This document shows, piece by piece, positions 45,772 through 55,676 of a stretch of DNA of 64,000 nt. This DNA is from Afipia sp. (GTDB lineage Bacteria > Pseudomonadota > Alphaproteobacteria > Rhizobiales > Xanthobacteraceae). The stretch lies in the NCBI GenBank assembly GCA_030652315.1, contig JAUSAX010000122.1:2520-66519 (forward strand), in the 5' to 3' direction. Made by a program: the position numbers and the translations under genes. Every line of letters starts with the position of its first letter. Within the stretch, counting starts at the first letter, position 1. The notes beneath the pieces were generated by a model. That model had not been told where the DNA came from and made no database searches. It saw only the letters and a list, made by a program, of their open reading frames with translations.

Positions 45772-46563
45772 CTATGCCGCCTCGACGAACCGATGACGCT
45801 CATAGAGGAACTCAAGCACGCGCTGGCGGCACTTGAGGTAGATCGGGTTGGCGGCCAGTTCGAGCCGCTTGCGTGGATGCGGAAGCGGCACGTCAAGGAC
45901 TTCGCCGATCCGTGCGCTCGGGCCGTTGGTCATCATCACAATGCGATTGGACAGCAGCACGGCTTCATCGACGTCGTGCGTGATCATCATCACCGTGTTG
46001 TTGAGCTTCTGGTGCAGCGCCATCACCGAGTCCTGAAGATGGGCGCGGGTCAGGGCATCGAGCGCACCGAACGGCTCGTCCAGCAGCAGCACCTTCGGCT
46101 CCATCGCCAGCGCGCGGGCGATGCCGACGCGCTGCTTCATGCCGCCGGAAATTTCCGACGGGCGCTTGTCCTTCGCGTGGGTCATCTGCACGAGGTTGAG
46201 GTTGTGCATCACCCATTCGTCGCGCTCGGCCCGGGTTTTGGTCCTGCCGAACACCTTGTCGACGCCGAGACGGACGTTGTCGTAGACCGTCAGCCACGGC
46301 AGCAGGCTGTGGTTCTGGAACACCACGGCGCGATCAGGTCCCGGCGAGTTCACCTCGCGGCCCTCGAGCAGCACGCCGCCTTGTGTGGCGTTGGTCAGCC
46401 CGGCGACGATATTGAGCAGCGTGGACTTGCCGCAGCCGGAGTGACCGATGATCGAGACGTAATCACCCTTCTCCACGGTCAGGTTGATGTCCTTGAGAAC
46501 CTCGCTCTGCGTCGAGCCGCGGGTGAAGACCTTATCGACGTGGTCGATCTTGAGATAAGCCAT
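45772..46563 (-). CDS. nitrate ABC transporter ATP-binding protein
   Basis: [16 protein letters not shown] and LDEPFGALD motifs; GGAG 7 nt before the ATG at 46563. Confidence 0.92.
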   Translation of the reverse strand: MAYLKIDHVDKVFTRGSTQSEVLKDINLTVEKGDYVSIIGHSGCGKSTLLNIVAGLTNATQGGVLLEGREVNSPGPDRAVVFQNHSLLPWLTVYDNVRLGVDKVFGRTKTRAERDEWVMHNLNLVQMTHAKDKRPSEISGGMKQRVGIARALAMEPKVLLLDEPFGALDALTRAHLQDSVMALHQKLNNTVMMITHDVDEAVLLSNRIVMMTNGPSARIGEVLDVPLPHPRKRLELAANPIYLKCRQRVLEFLYERHRFVEAA

Positions 46564-46575
46564 TGTCATTCTCCC

Positions 46576-46740
46576 CTAGTGTCCCGTATCCGACGTTCGC
46601 TTCAGTCTGCAGCGCCTTCCGAGCGAACGTCGGATACGAAAGGACACTAGCAAGTAATAATTCTAGTGATCCTTTGGTTCTGACATTCGTAAAAGTGCCT
46701 GCGGAAGATCACGATACGAATGTCAGAACCGGATCACTAG
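46576..46740. repeat. inverted pair of CTAG-bounded hairpin elements (75 and 78 bp)
   Basis: 46576-46650 and 46663-46740. Each has long inverted arms and a 3-nt bulge, on opposite sides in the two copies. Confidence 0.8.
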
Positions 46741-47645
46741 CTTGCCTGGGCGCCGCGCGTTGCGATGTTCGCAACAAAGGCGACGATGCGGTCGAGAACA
46801 AATCCGACGACGCCGATGTAGGCGAGCGCCACGAAGATGTCGGACAGCCGCGATGAATTCCACGCATCCCAGATGAAGAACCCGATCCCAACGCCACCCG
46901 TGAGCATTTCAGCGGCGACGATGGCGAGCCACGACAGGCCGATGCCGATGCGCAGGCCGGTGAAGATGTACGGCGCGGCCGACGGGATCATGATCTTCCA
47001 GAAGAACTCGAGCTGGTTGAGCCGGACCACGGCGGCGACGTTGCGGTAGTCCTGCGGAATGTTGCGGATACCGACGGCGGTGTTGATGATGATCGGCCAG
47101 ATCGAGGTGATGAAGATCACGAAGATCGCCGAGGGATTGCTGTCGCGGAAGGCAGCGAGCGAAATCGGCAGCCATGCCAGCGGTGGCACGGTGCGCATCA
47201 CCTGAAAGATCGGATCGAGACCGCGCATCGCCCAGATCGACTGGCCGATGATCGCGCCGACGAGAACGCCGACAATGCTCGCAAGGCCGAAACCAACAGC
47301 CACGCGCTGAAGCGACGTGAGAACGCGCCAGCCGAGACCGATGTCCTGCGGGCCGTTGACGAAGAACGGATCGACGATCAGATCCTTGGCGTCGGCCCAG
47401 ATCCGCGACGGCGACGGCAGCGTCGCGCCCGGCTTCATGCAGAGAATCTGCCAGACGCCGAAGATCAGCACGAGCATGATGAACGGCGGAACGACGCGGG
47501 CCGCCAGCGCTCGCAAATTGGGAGCCAGCGTATCCGTCAGAAAATTGCGGGATGATTTCGGCAGCGAAACCACAGCGGCAGTCGTGGCCGGTGACGCTGC
47601 GGCGACTGACACGGCGCTGGTGGTTTTGGCGAGGGGCATGTTCAT
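46737..47645 (-). CDS. nitrate ABC transporter permease
   Basis: LTSLQRV, PLAWLP, GLRIGIGLSWLAIVAAEM and IWDAWN motifs. Confidence 0.92.
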   Translation of the reverse strand: MNMPLAKTTSAVSVAAASPATTAAVVSLPKSSRNFLTDTLAPNLRALAARVVPPFIMLVLIFGVWQILCMKPGATLPSPSRIWADAKDLIVDPFFVNGPQDIGLGWRVLTSLQRVAVGFGLASIVGVLVGAIIGQSIWAMRGLDPIFQVMRTVPPLAWLPISLAAFRDSNPSAIFVIFITSIWPIIINTAVGIRNIPQDYRNVAAVVRLNQLEFFWKIMIPSAAPYIFTGLRIGIGLSWLAIVAAEMLTGGVGIGFFIWDAWNSSRLSDIFVALAYIGVVGFVLDRIVAFVANIATRGAQAS

Positions 47646-47705
47646 GAGATTGCCTCGGTTATGTTAGGTGCGAGGCCGCCCCTGCATGGGGCGGCCCGCA
47701 GGATC

Positions 47706-49034
47706 TCAGGCTTCGATACGCTTGATCGACAAGCTCTTGAGGTACGCCGACGGATTCTCGGGATCGAAGACCTTGCCGTCGAAGAAGGTTTCCTTGCCGC
47801 GCGACGTGCCGGCCGGAATGTCGGCTGCGGCAACGCCGAGCGCCTTCGCCGCCGACCGCCAGATGTCTTCGCGGTTGACCTTGTCCACCAGCGCCTTGAC
47901 GTCCGTCGTAGGCTCGAATTTGCCCCAGCGGATGTCTTCGGTGACGAACCAGGCGTCATGACTCTTGAACGGGTAGGACGCATGGTCCTGCCAGAACTTC
48001 ATGAACTGCTTGGTGCCCTTCTCGACGCGGCCGTTGCCATAGTTGATGTCGCCGTTGGCGCGGCCGATGATGTCGGCGACCGGCACGTTGAACCACTGAC
48101 GGCGTCCGACGATCTCGGACATCTCGGCGCGGTTCGCGGGCTTGTCGCACCACTGCTGCGCTTCCATCACCGCCATCAGGATGGCCTGCGTCGCCTTCGG
48201 ATACTTGTCGGCATATTCAGCGCGGATGCTCAGCGCTTTTTCAGGGTGCTTCGCCCACACTTCACCCGTGGAGCAGGCGGTAAAGCCGATGCCCTGATTG
48301 ACGAGCTGTTCGTTCCACGGCTCACCGACGCAGAAGGCGTCCATGTTGCCGACCTTCATGTTCGCCACCATCTGCGGCGGCGGAACGACGATGGTCGAGA
48401 CGTCCTTGTCGGGGTCGATGCCGCCGGCGGCGAGCCAGTAGCGGATCCACAGATCATGCGTGCCGCCGGGGAAGGTCATGGCGATCTTCACTTCCTTGCC
48501 CTCAGCCCGCTTCTTCGCGAAGGCCGCCTTGAGCGGAGATGCGTCGCTGGTGACTTTCAGGTCCTTGTATTCGTTGGAAACGGAGATCGCCTGCGCATCG
48601 AGATTGAGCCGCGCCAGGATGTACATCGGCGTCGGCACGTTGTTTTGCGTCACCTTGCCGGCCGAGATCAGGTACGGCATCGGCGTCAGGATGTGCGCGC
48701 CATCGATGCCGTTCTTCTCGCCGCCGAGCACAAGGTTGTCGCGCGTGGCGCCCCACGAGGCCTGCTTGTTGACTTCGACATCCGGCACGCCGTGCTTGGC
48801 AAACAGTCCCTTCTCTTTCGCGATCACCAGCGCCGACGCATCCATCAGCGCGATGTAACCGAAGATCGCCTTGGTCACTTCCGGTCCGGCGGTCTGCGCG
48901 AACGCACCGCCGGGGAAATTCAAGCGCGCGGCGGCCAGCAGCGCCGCCGTTCCCGCACCAGCCTTGAGCAATGCGCGGCGGCTCATCTTGCGGTCCGCGA
49001 TTCCCTTTTCGCCCTGTTTGGTGGTCTTGGTCAT
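47706..49034 (-). CDS. nitrate ABC transporter substrate-binding protein (NrtA/CmpA type), Tat signal
   Basis: SRRALLK Tat motif; SWGATRD, TFPGGTH, VPPPQMV and GEPWN motifs. Confidence 0.92.
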   Translation of the reverse strand: MTKTTKQGEKGIADRKMSRRALLKAGAGTAALLAAARLNFPGGAFAQTAGPEVTKAIFGYIALMDASALVIAKEKGLFAKHGVPDVEVNKQASWGATRDNLVLGGEKNGIDGAHILTPMPYLISAGKVTQNNVPTPMYILARLNLDAQAISVSNEYKDLKVTSDASPLKAAFAKKRAEGKEVKIAMTFPGGTHDLWIRYWLAAGGIDPDKDVSTIVVPPPQMVANMKVGNMDAFCVGEPWNEQLVNQGIGFTACSTGEVWAKHPEKALSIRAEYADKYPKATQAILMAVMEAQQWCDKPANRAEMSEIVGRRQWFNVPVADIIGRANGDINYGNGRVEKGTKQFMKFWQDHASYPFKSHDAWFVTEDIRWGKFEPTTDVKALVDKVNREDIWRSAAKALGVAAADIPAGTSRGKETFFDGKVFDPENPSAYLKSLSIKRIEA

Positions 49035-49111
49035 CGTGTCTGTCGTCCTTTCGACCGTGTCGCTGTTTGACTGCCGTTCAATCGTCCTGCGCAGAGGTCT
49101 CCTCGCCGCCC

Positions 49112-49193
49112 AAAACAAAAAGCCGCCACCTCGAGACGCGCCCACGGAGGCTCCTCGAGACAGCGGCATTGCTGTTTGGGTCATCGCGGACCC
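49112..49193 (-). promoter_or_regulatory. ANTAR (NasT) dual-hairpin motif overlapping an intrinsic terminator
   Basis: GGGTC-CGCGAT-GACCC and ACAGC-AATGCC-GCTGT hexaloops. The second overlaps the 5' arm of a GCCGC...GCGGC stem followed by a U tract. Confidence 0.7.
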
Positions 49194-49223
49194 GGCAGGC
49201 CTTCGTCTCGGCCTACCCCAGCT

Positions 49224-49241
49224 ATTCAAGGATCGTGCCAG
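49224..49241 (-). promoter_or_regulatory. sigma54-like -24/-12 promoter
   Basis: TGGCACGATCCTTGAA (the -12 element reads TTGA, not TTGC). Confidence 0.5.
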
Positions 49242-49335
49242 CCGCGTGCGGCGCAGCAAATCCATATTTTCCAGTAGTTTATGATGATGCCTTCATATGA
49301 AGCAGGCCGCCTGCGCGGCCTCTCCAAATGGCAAG

Positions 49336-49370
49336 TGCCCACATTTTGCGCGTCGCACAACAATTGGGCA
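49336..49370. promoter_or_regulatory. tandem NtrC-like boxes
   Basis: TGCCCA-N5-TGCGCG and CGCACA-N5-TGGGCA, about 100 bp upstream of the sigma54-like site. Confidence 0.4.
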
Positions 49371-49395
49371 GTCGGTATTGAACCGGGAATCGTTG

Positions 49396-50568
49396 TTAGG
49401 GAAGCCGGCGCTTGATCGCGACCGAGCCGAGGTGCGCGACGATGTCATTGGCGTCGAACGGCGCGCCGTCGAAGGCTCCCACGCCGTCCTCTACACCATG
49501 CGAAGGCCTCGCTGACGCTCCGAGCGCAGCGTCATAAAGATCAGGCCGAAACACCTTCTTGGCTCGCTCCAAAGCCTCCGGCGAATAAGCCGCCTGTCCC
49601 CAGCGCACCATCTGGGCATAAAGCCAGGCCGCCTGCGCGGGATCGGGCCGGGCCGCCCCCTCGCGTCCGACCAGCAGGTAGCGGTCGCTTTGCCGCATCG
49701 TTCCGTCCGGGGAGATTTTCAGGCGGCCGTCGAGCGTGCGCCGGATCACCTCCGGATCGACATCGATCCGGTCGGGCATTGCGAGGATGCCCGCCACCTC
49801 GGCCCGGTTGTCCGGGTTCTCGATGAAATCCGCGGCCTTCCCGTGCGCGCGCGTGAGTTTTGCGACGATCTCTGGATTTTCCAGCGCCCACGTCTCGCGG
49901 ACCGCCAGCACCTTTTCCGCCGCACGCTCCAGAATGTCCGACACGAAATGCAGGATGTGTCCGACGCCGAGATCGACCGCGACCGAATTCCACGGCGCGC
50001 CGACGCAAAAAGCATCGACATGGCCGTTGGCGAGGCTGTTCACCATGTAGGGCGGCGGCAGCACCACCAGCCGCACGTCCTCATCCGGATCGACGCCGCC
50101 GGCAGCCATCCAGAACCGGAGCTGGTAGTTATGGGTCGAGAACGGAAACGTCATGCCGAAGGTCAGCGGTTCGCCGCCGTCCTTCCGGCGCGCGGCAACC
50201 ACCCGCGCCAGCGCTTTCGCTGTCACCATCGGGTTGATCGGATCGCCGTCGGCCTCGCCCAAGATCGCCGCATACAGCGCAGGTGATACCGTGATCGCGT
50301 TGCCGTTCAGGCCGAGATTAAAAGGCGCAACGATCGGCACCTTGACCTGCGCGAGTCCGAGGCTCGATGCGATGGCGACCGGCGCCAGCAGATGCGCCGC
50401 ATCGAACAGGCCGATATTGAGCTTGTCGCGGACGTTCGACCACGACACCTCGCGCACCAGCGCGACATTGAGACCCTCAGCGGCGGTGAAGCCCTTGTCG
50501 ACGGCAACAATCAGCGCAGCGGCATCGACCAGCGGGATGAAACCGATTGTGAGCGGTGTACCGGTCAT
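49396..50568 (-). CDS. nasS: NasS nitrate/nitrite sensor (cytoplasmic NrtA-like)
   Basis: GFIPLVD, SWSNVRD, TFPFSTHNY and GAPWN motifs; no signal peptide; ATGA overlap with nasT. Confidence 0.85.
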   Translation of the reverse strand: MTGTPLTIGFIPLVDAAALIVAVDKGFTAAEGLNVALVREVSWSNVRDKLNIGLFDAAHLLAPVAIASSLGLAQVKVPIVAPFNLGLNGNAITVSPALYAAILGEADGDPINPMVTAKALARVVAARRKDGGEPLTFGMTFPFSTHNYQLRFWMAAGGVDPDEDVRLVVLPPPYMVNSLANGHVDAFCVGAPWNSVAVDLGVGHILHFVSDILERAAEKVLAVRETWALENPEIVAKLTRAHGKAADFIENPDNRAEVAGILAMPDRIDVDPEVIRRTLDGRLKISPDGTMRQSDRYLLVGREGAARPDPAQAAWLYAQMVRWGQAAYSPEALERAKKVFRPDLYDAALGASARPSHGVEDGVGAFDGAPFDANDIVAHLGSVAIKRRLP

Positions 50569-51155
50569 TTCAACAACTCCGCCGCGGTAACGATGGATTG
50601 GGCGATCTCGCCGATCTTCTTTTTCTCGCGCATGGCGGTCGAGCGGATCAGCACGTAGGCCTCTTCTTCCGTCAGGCCCTTCGCCTTCATCAGAAGACCC
50701 TTGGCGCGGTCGAGGATCTTGCGGTCCTCCAGCGCTGATTTTGTGCGGTCCAGTTCGTCCTGCAGCTTGGCGAAGGCGTTGAAGCGCGAAATGCACAGGT
50801 CGAGGATCGGCTTGATCCGCTCCTTCTTCAGGCCGTCGACGATGTAGGCCGAAACCCCCGCCTCGACGGACTGCTGGATCGATGCAGCGTCGCTCTGGTC
50901 CACGAACATTGCGATTGGCCGCCGCACGGCACGGCTGACCTGGAACATCTGTTCCAGGACGTCGCGGCTGGGGTTCTCGAGATCGATCAGGATGACGTCG
51001 GGATCGAGCGCATAGATTCGCGCCAGGAGGTTGTGCATCTCCGGAATGTGCTCGACGCTGGTAAAGCCCGCGTCCCGCAACCCTTCCTTCAGGATCGCCG
51101 CGCGGATCGGGCTTTCGTCGACAATGACGATCTTAAACGACGAATCCGCAACCAT
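50565..51155 (-). CDS. nasT: NasT ANTAR-domain antitermination regulator
   Basis: REC-like N-terminus (DLENPSRD); RK.LDRAKGLLM...EEEAY..IR..AM ANTAR motif. Confidence 0.9.
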   Translation of the reverse strand: MVADSSFKIVIVDESPIRAAILKEGLRDAGFTSVEHIPEMHNLLARIYALDPDVILIDLENPSRDVLEQMFQVSRAVRRPIAMFVDQSDAASIQQSVEAGVSAYIVDGLKKERIKPILDLCISRFNAFAKLQDELDRTKSALEDRKILDRAKGLLMKAKGLTEEEAYVLIRSTAMREKKKIGEIAQSIVTAAELLK

Positions 51156-51268
51156 TCGCACCCACATTCCGGCAAAACAACCCTAGCACGCGTCAGCGAT
51201 TGGCTTAAAGCCTTGTATTTACGGGTAATCAGGGCTAGCTCCTGCGTTCTCCCAACAGGTTGAATGGT

Positions 51269-52594
51269 ATGGAACAGGGCGTCGCCCCAAAAGTCAGTTT
51301 TGTGTCGCTTGGATGCCCCAAAGCGTTGGTGGACTCCGAGCGGATCATCACGCGCCTGCGCGCCGAAGGCTATGAGCTGGCGCGCAAGCATGACGGCGCG
51401 GATCTGGTCATCGTCAACACCTGCGGCTTCCTCGACAGCGCCAAGCAGGAGTCGCTCGGCGCCATCGGCGAAGCCATGGCCCAGAATGGCAAGGTCATCG
51501 TCACCGGCTGCATGGGCGCGGAACCCGAGCAGATCGAGAAGGCATACCCGAACGTCCTGTCGATCACCGGACCGCAGCAATATGAAAGCGTGATGGACGC
51601 CGTGCACAGCGCGCTGCCGCCGCTGCACAATCCACATCTCGATCTCGTGCCGCCGCAAGGCATCAAGCTGACGCCGCGCCACTATGCGTATCTGAAAATT
51701 TCCGAAGGCTGCAACAACCGCTGCACCTTCTGCATCATCCCGAAGCTGCGCGGCGACCTCGTCTCGCGCCCGGCCAAGGACGTGCTGCTCGAAGCCGAGA
51801 AGCTGGTCACCGCCGGCGTCAAGGAATTGCTGGTGGTGTCGCAGGACACCTCCGCCTACGGCGTCGATATCAAGTACGCGACCAGCATGTGGAAAGACCG
51901 CGAGGTCCGCGCGAAGTTCTTCGATCTGTCACGCGAACTCGGCGAACTCGGCGCGTGGGTGCGTCTGCAATACGTCTACCCCTACCCGCATGTCGATGAA
52001 GTCATCAGCCTGATGAGCGAAGGCAAGGTGCTGCCCTATCTCGACATCCCGTTCCAGCACGCATCGCCTGATGTGCTGAAGCAGATGCGCCGCCCCGCCG
52101 CGCAGGACAAGACGCTCGCCCGCATCAAGAAGTGGCGCGAGGAATGTCCGGACCTCACGCTGCGCTCGACCTTCATCGTCGGATTCCCCGGTGAAACCGA
52201 TTCCGATTTCCAGTATCTGCTCGACTGGCTCGATGAAGCGCAGATCGACCGCGTCGGCTGCTTCAAGTATGAGCCGGTCGCGGGTGCGACATCGAACACC
52301 ATCGAGAACCCGGTGCCGGAAGAGATCAAGACCGCACGCTGGAACGCGCTGATGGCACGGCAGCAGAAGATTTCCGCACAGCGCCTGAAGCGAAAAGTCG
52401 GCACGCGCCAGCAGGTCATCATCGACGAGGTCGGCCCGACGGTGTCAAAGGGCCGCTCGAAGGCCGACGCGCCGCAGATCGATGGCAATGTTTACGTGTC
52501 GAGCCGCCGTCCGCTCAAGGTGGGCGACATCGTCACCGCCAAGATCGACCGCGCGGATCAGTACGACCTGCATGGGACTGTGGCGGGGTTTTAA
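51269..52594 (+). CDS. rimO: ribosomal protein S12 methylthiotransferase
   Basis: [17 protein letters not shown] and [10 protein letters not shown] motifs; TRAM domain. Confidence 0.96.
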   Translation: MEQGVAPKVSFVSLGCPKALVDSERIITRLRAEGYELARKHDGADLVIVNTCGFLDSAKQESLGAIGEAMAQNGKVIVTGCMGAEPEQIEKAYPNVLSITGPQQYESVMDAVHSALPPLHNPHLDLVPPQGIKLTPRHYAYLKISEGCNNRCTFCIIPKLRGDLVSRPAKDVLLEAEKLVTAGVKELLVVSQDTSAYGVDIKYATSMWKDREVRAKFFDLSRELGELGAWVRLQYVYPYPHVDEVISLMSEGKVLPYLDIPFQHASPDVLKQMRRPAAQDKTLARIKKWREECPDLTLRSTFIVGFPGETDSDFQYLLDWLDEAQIDRVGCFKYEPVAGATSNTIENPVPEEIKTARWNALMARQQKISAQRLKRKVGTRQQVIIDEVGPTVSKGRSKADAPQIDGNVYVSSRRPLKVGDIVTAKIDRADQYDLHGTVAGF

Positions 52595-52614
52595 GAAAGC
52601 CGACCATTCAACTG

Positions 52615-52729
52615 GTCGTCCCGGCGAAGGCCGGGACCCATAACCACCAGCTTATCGGCAGAAAAAGTGCCCGCCCCTGCATTAGACCTGAATGCAGGGA
52701 GTATGGGTCCCGGCCTTCGCCGGGACGAC
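52615..52729. repeat. REP-like family C doublet with 28-bp perfect inverted arms
   Basis: GTCGTCCCGGCGAAGGCCGGGACCCATA / TATGGGTCCCGGCCTTCGCCGGGACGAC. Confidence 0.88.
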
Positions 52730-52751
52730 GCCGAGTATGTAGCCACCTTCC

Positions 52752-52833
52752 CGTCATTGCGAGCGAAGCGAAGCAATCCAGAGCAACAAGCACAAGACTG
52801 GATTGCTTCGTCGCTGCGCTCATCGCAATGACG
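52752..52833. repeat. REP-like family B copy (complete)
   Basis: CGTCATTGCGA...TCGCAATGACG. Confidence 0.88.
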
Positions 52834-52842
52834 AATGGAAAA

Positions 52843-53817
52843 CTACGGCTTCAAAATTCCCGATCCCGTCGTCATCCGGCTCTCGAGTTCGCGGTGCGCC
52901 TTCTGCGCATCCTTCAGCGCATAGGCGTGGTTGATCGGCACATGCAGCGTGCCGCTGATGACGGCGGCGAACAGCGTATCCGCGCCCTCGATCAATTCCT
53001 TGCGCGTCCCGACATAGTCGTTGAGCTTCGGGCGCGTCGCGAACAGCGAACCGTGATTGTTCAACTCCGCAATCGAGAACGGCGGCACCGGCCCCGAGGC
53101 GTTGCCGAACGACACGAACAGTCCGCGCGGCCTGAGCGACTTCAGCGATCCCGCGAACGTATCCTTGCCGACGCCGTCATAGACCACGTCGCACAACTCA
53201 CCGCGGCTGATCTGCTTCACACGCTCGGCGAAATCTTCCTGCTTGTAGAGAATGACGTGATCGCATCCGTTGGATAACGCCAGTTTCGCCTTCTCCTCGG
53301 TGCCGACGGTACCGATGACGTTCGCCCCCAGCGCCTTGGCCCACTGACACGCAAGCAAACCGATGCCGCCGGCTGCCGCATGGATCAGCACACGATGGCC
53401 GGGCTCAACCTTGAAGGTCTTGTGCAGCAGATAATAGACCGTCAGTCCCTTGAGCATCAGCACCGCCGCCTGCTCGTGGGAGATATGGTCGGGCAGCTTC
53501 ACCAGCTTGTCGGCGGGAATGTTTCGCTCGGTCGCGTAGCCGCCGAGATTGAAGTAGTAAGCGACGCGGTCGCCGGGATGGAAATTGGTCACGCCCGGTC
53601 CGACCGACACCACCTCGCCGGATGCCTCATTGCCGACGATGAACGGCAGGCTTGGTGCCTTGTACAGACCGGTGCGATAGTACGTGTCGATGAAGTTCAG
53701 ACCGATGGCGTGCTGGCGGATGCGGACCTCGCCGTTGCCGGGCGCGGGCACATCGACATCCTCATAGATCATCACTTCCGGACCGCCCACCTGATGGACG
53801 CGCACAGCCTTGCTCAT
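52843..53817 (-). CDS. qor: NADPH:quinone oxidoreductase (zeta-crystallin family)
   Basis: GLNFID.Y.R.G.Y, HAAAGGIG, VYDGVG and SFGNASG motifs. Confidence 0.9.
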   Translation of the reverse strand: MSKAVRVHQVGGPEVMIYEDVDVPAPGNGEVRIRQHAIGLNFIDTYYRTGLYKAPSLPFIVGNEASGEVVSVGPGVTNFHPGDRVAYYFNLGGYATERNIPADKLVKLPDHISHEQAAVLMLKGLTVYYLLHKTFKVEPGHRVLIHAAAGGIGLLACQWAKALGANVIGTVGTEEKAKLALSNGCDHVILYKQEDFAERVKQISRGELCDVVYDGVGKDTFAGSLKSLRPRGLFVSFGNASGPVPPFSIAELNNHGSLFATRPKLNDYVGTRKELIEGADTLFAAVISGTLHVPINHAYALKDAQKAHRELESRMTTGSGILKP

Positions 53818-53918
53818 GGTTTCTCCCGACCTTTTTCTCAAGCAATCTCAACCGGGAGCGAAGTCCATCGGCAGCAAATTGTCAACGCGGACCAAAGCTA
53901 CGTCTTAAAGGCATCAGA

Positions 53919-54008
53919 CGTCATGGCCGGGCTTGTCCCGGCCATCCACGTCTTACTCTATATGCTTTCAAAAAGACGTGGATGCCCGGCACAAGGCCGG
54001 GCATGACG
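53919..54008. repeat. REP-like family A copy
   Basis: CGTCATGGCCGGGCTTGTCCCGGCCATCCACGTC...GACGTGGATGCCCGGCACAAGGCCGGGCATGACG. Confidence 0.88.
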
Positions 54009-54055
54009 GGATAGATTTGCGCCAAACAGCCACTAACCTCCCTGCGCGTTCACGC

Positions 54056-54787
54056 TTACGCGCTTTTCACCCGCTTCTTGCGATTGCGCTTGGCCAGGAT
54101 GTTGAAGAACTCGACCGCCGCCGAGAAGCAGATCGCGACGTAGATGAACGCGCGCGGAATGTGGAAGTGGAAACCGTCCGCGACCAGCGCCGCGCCAATC
54201 AGCACCAGAAACGCCAGTGCCAGCATCTTGGTGGTGGGGTGCTCGGCGACGAACGCTGCGACCGGTCCCGATGACAGGTACATCACGCCGACGGCGATAA
54301 TGACCGCGGCGACCATGATTTCGATATCCTGCACCATGCCGATGGCGGTGATGATGGAGTCGACCGAGAACACGAGGTCGATCACAATGATCTGCATGAT
54401 TACCCAGAAGAACGCACTCGGAGTCGCCTTGGCTTCTTCGTCGTGATCCCGCGCCTCGACCTCGGCATGAATCTCATGGGTCGCCTTGGCGATCAGAAAC
54501 AGACCGCCGACGATGAGGATGATGTCGCGCCATGACAGCGCGAACTTGGCGATGGTGATGACAGGCTCCGTCAGGCCGATCAGCCAGACCAGAATGCTCA
54601 GCAGCGCAATCCGGAAAACAAGCGCCAGCGCGAGGCCGATCTTGCGCGCCTTCTCGGCTTGCGCGGGCGGAATGCGCGACACGATCACCGACAGGAAGAT
54701 CACGTTGTCGATGCCCAGCACGACTTCGAGCGCCGTCAGTGTCAGCAGCGCGACCCAGGCTTCCGGACTCGTCAGTAATTCCATCAT
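54056..54787 (-). CDS. TerC family membrane protein
   Basis: LEVVLGIDN, DLVFSVDSIITAIG and HPTTKMLAL motifs. Confidence 0.92.
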   Translation of the reverse strand: MMELLTSPEAWVALLTLTALEVVLGIDNVIFLSVIVSRIPPAQAEKARKIGLALALVFRIALLSILVWLIGLTEPVITIAKFALSWRDIILIVGGLFLIAKATHEIHAEVEARDHDEEAKATPSAFFWVIMQIIVIDLVFSVDSIITAIGMVQDIEIMVAAVIIAVGVMYLSSGPVAAFVAEHPTTKMLALAFLVLIGAALVADGFHFHIPRAFIYVAICFSAAVEFFNILAKRNRKKRVKSA

Positions 54788-55518
54788 GCGCGTTTCCCGC
54801 TTATCAATCGGATCAGGACGTCACTCAGAAGAATGTACACGCCGATGGCGCAGAGCCCGGCAGTGACCCACATCGGCGCCTCGAAATTGGTGGCAACCGC
54901 GATCATTGCCAGGATCGCCCAGACCACCAGCAGCGCGATATTCAGCATACGGAACCGTGTGGTGCGCAGCGGATGCATCACATTGAACGGCACGAAGGTG
55001 AGAACGACGAGAACAGCAAGCGCGATGCTCCCGACCGCCGCCGGCGGCTTCAGCAGGAACAGATAGAACGCCGCTCCGTTCCACAGCGCCGGAAAGCCGC
55101 GAAAATGATTGTCATCGGTTTTCATGCGCCGGTCCGAGAAGTACAGCGCGCCTGAGATGACAATCGCGCCGCCGAGCAATGGCGTGGCCAGCGGGATCAG
55201 CAGGCTGCTGGCGGTAATCGCATAGGCCGGCACGAACACATAGGTCAGGAAGTCGACCACCAGATCGAGCGTGTCGCCGGACCAGTTCGGCAGCACATCG
55301 CCGACCTTGAGCCGCCGCGCCAGCGGACCGTCGAGAGCGTCGATCAGAAGCGCCAGCCCGAGCCAGCCGAACATCGCGGCCCAGTGTTCCCTCACCGCCT
55401 CCAGCATGGCGATCAGCGCAATCGCGCCGCCGAGTGCCGTGAAGATGTGGACGCCAAACGCGCGCACGCGCGCTCTGGCGGGAAACGGGGGCTGGTCCTG
55501 CGGGCCGGGCTCACTCAT
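54784..55518 (-). CDS. pcs: phosphatidylcholine synthase
   Basis: VHIFTALG, DALDGPLARR...LD.VVDFLTY and FRGFPALWN motifs. Confidence 0.88.
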   Translation of the reverse strand: MSEPGPQDQPPFPARARVRAFGVHIFTALGGAIALIAMLEAVREHWAAMFGWLGLALLIDALDGPLARRLKVGDVLPNWSGDTLDLVVDFLTYVFVPAYAITASSLLIPLATPLLGGAIVISGALYFSDRRMKTDDNHFRGFPALWNGAAFYLFLLKPPAAVGSIALAVLVVLTFVPFNVMHPLRTTRFRMLNIALLVVWAILAMIAVATNFEAPMWVTAGLCAIGVYILLSDVLIRLISGKRA

Positions 55519-55676
55519 ATGCAGCCGTCACTAACAGGATTCCCTTGGTTTTGCATATCCGTGCTTTGCCACCGTCCATTGTGACGGAGCGCGAAGCGGA
55601 TTTGCCTCAAATGCGGGTCAGAACGACAACCGGAAATCCATTGTGACGCCGGAAAATTCCGACCATAGGTATAGCC

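Noticed and set aside
47661-49070. 469-aa plus-strand ORF
   Set aside because: Antisense shadow of the nitrate-binding protein
49035-49265. 77-aa extension of the nitrate SBP ORF
   Set aside because: Covers the promoter and attenuator; the Tat signal indicates a start at 49034
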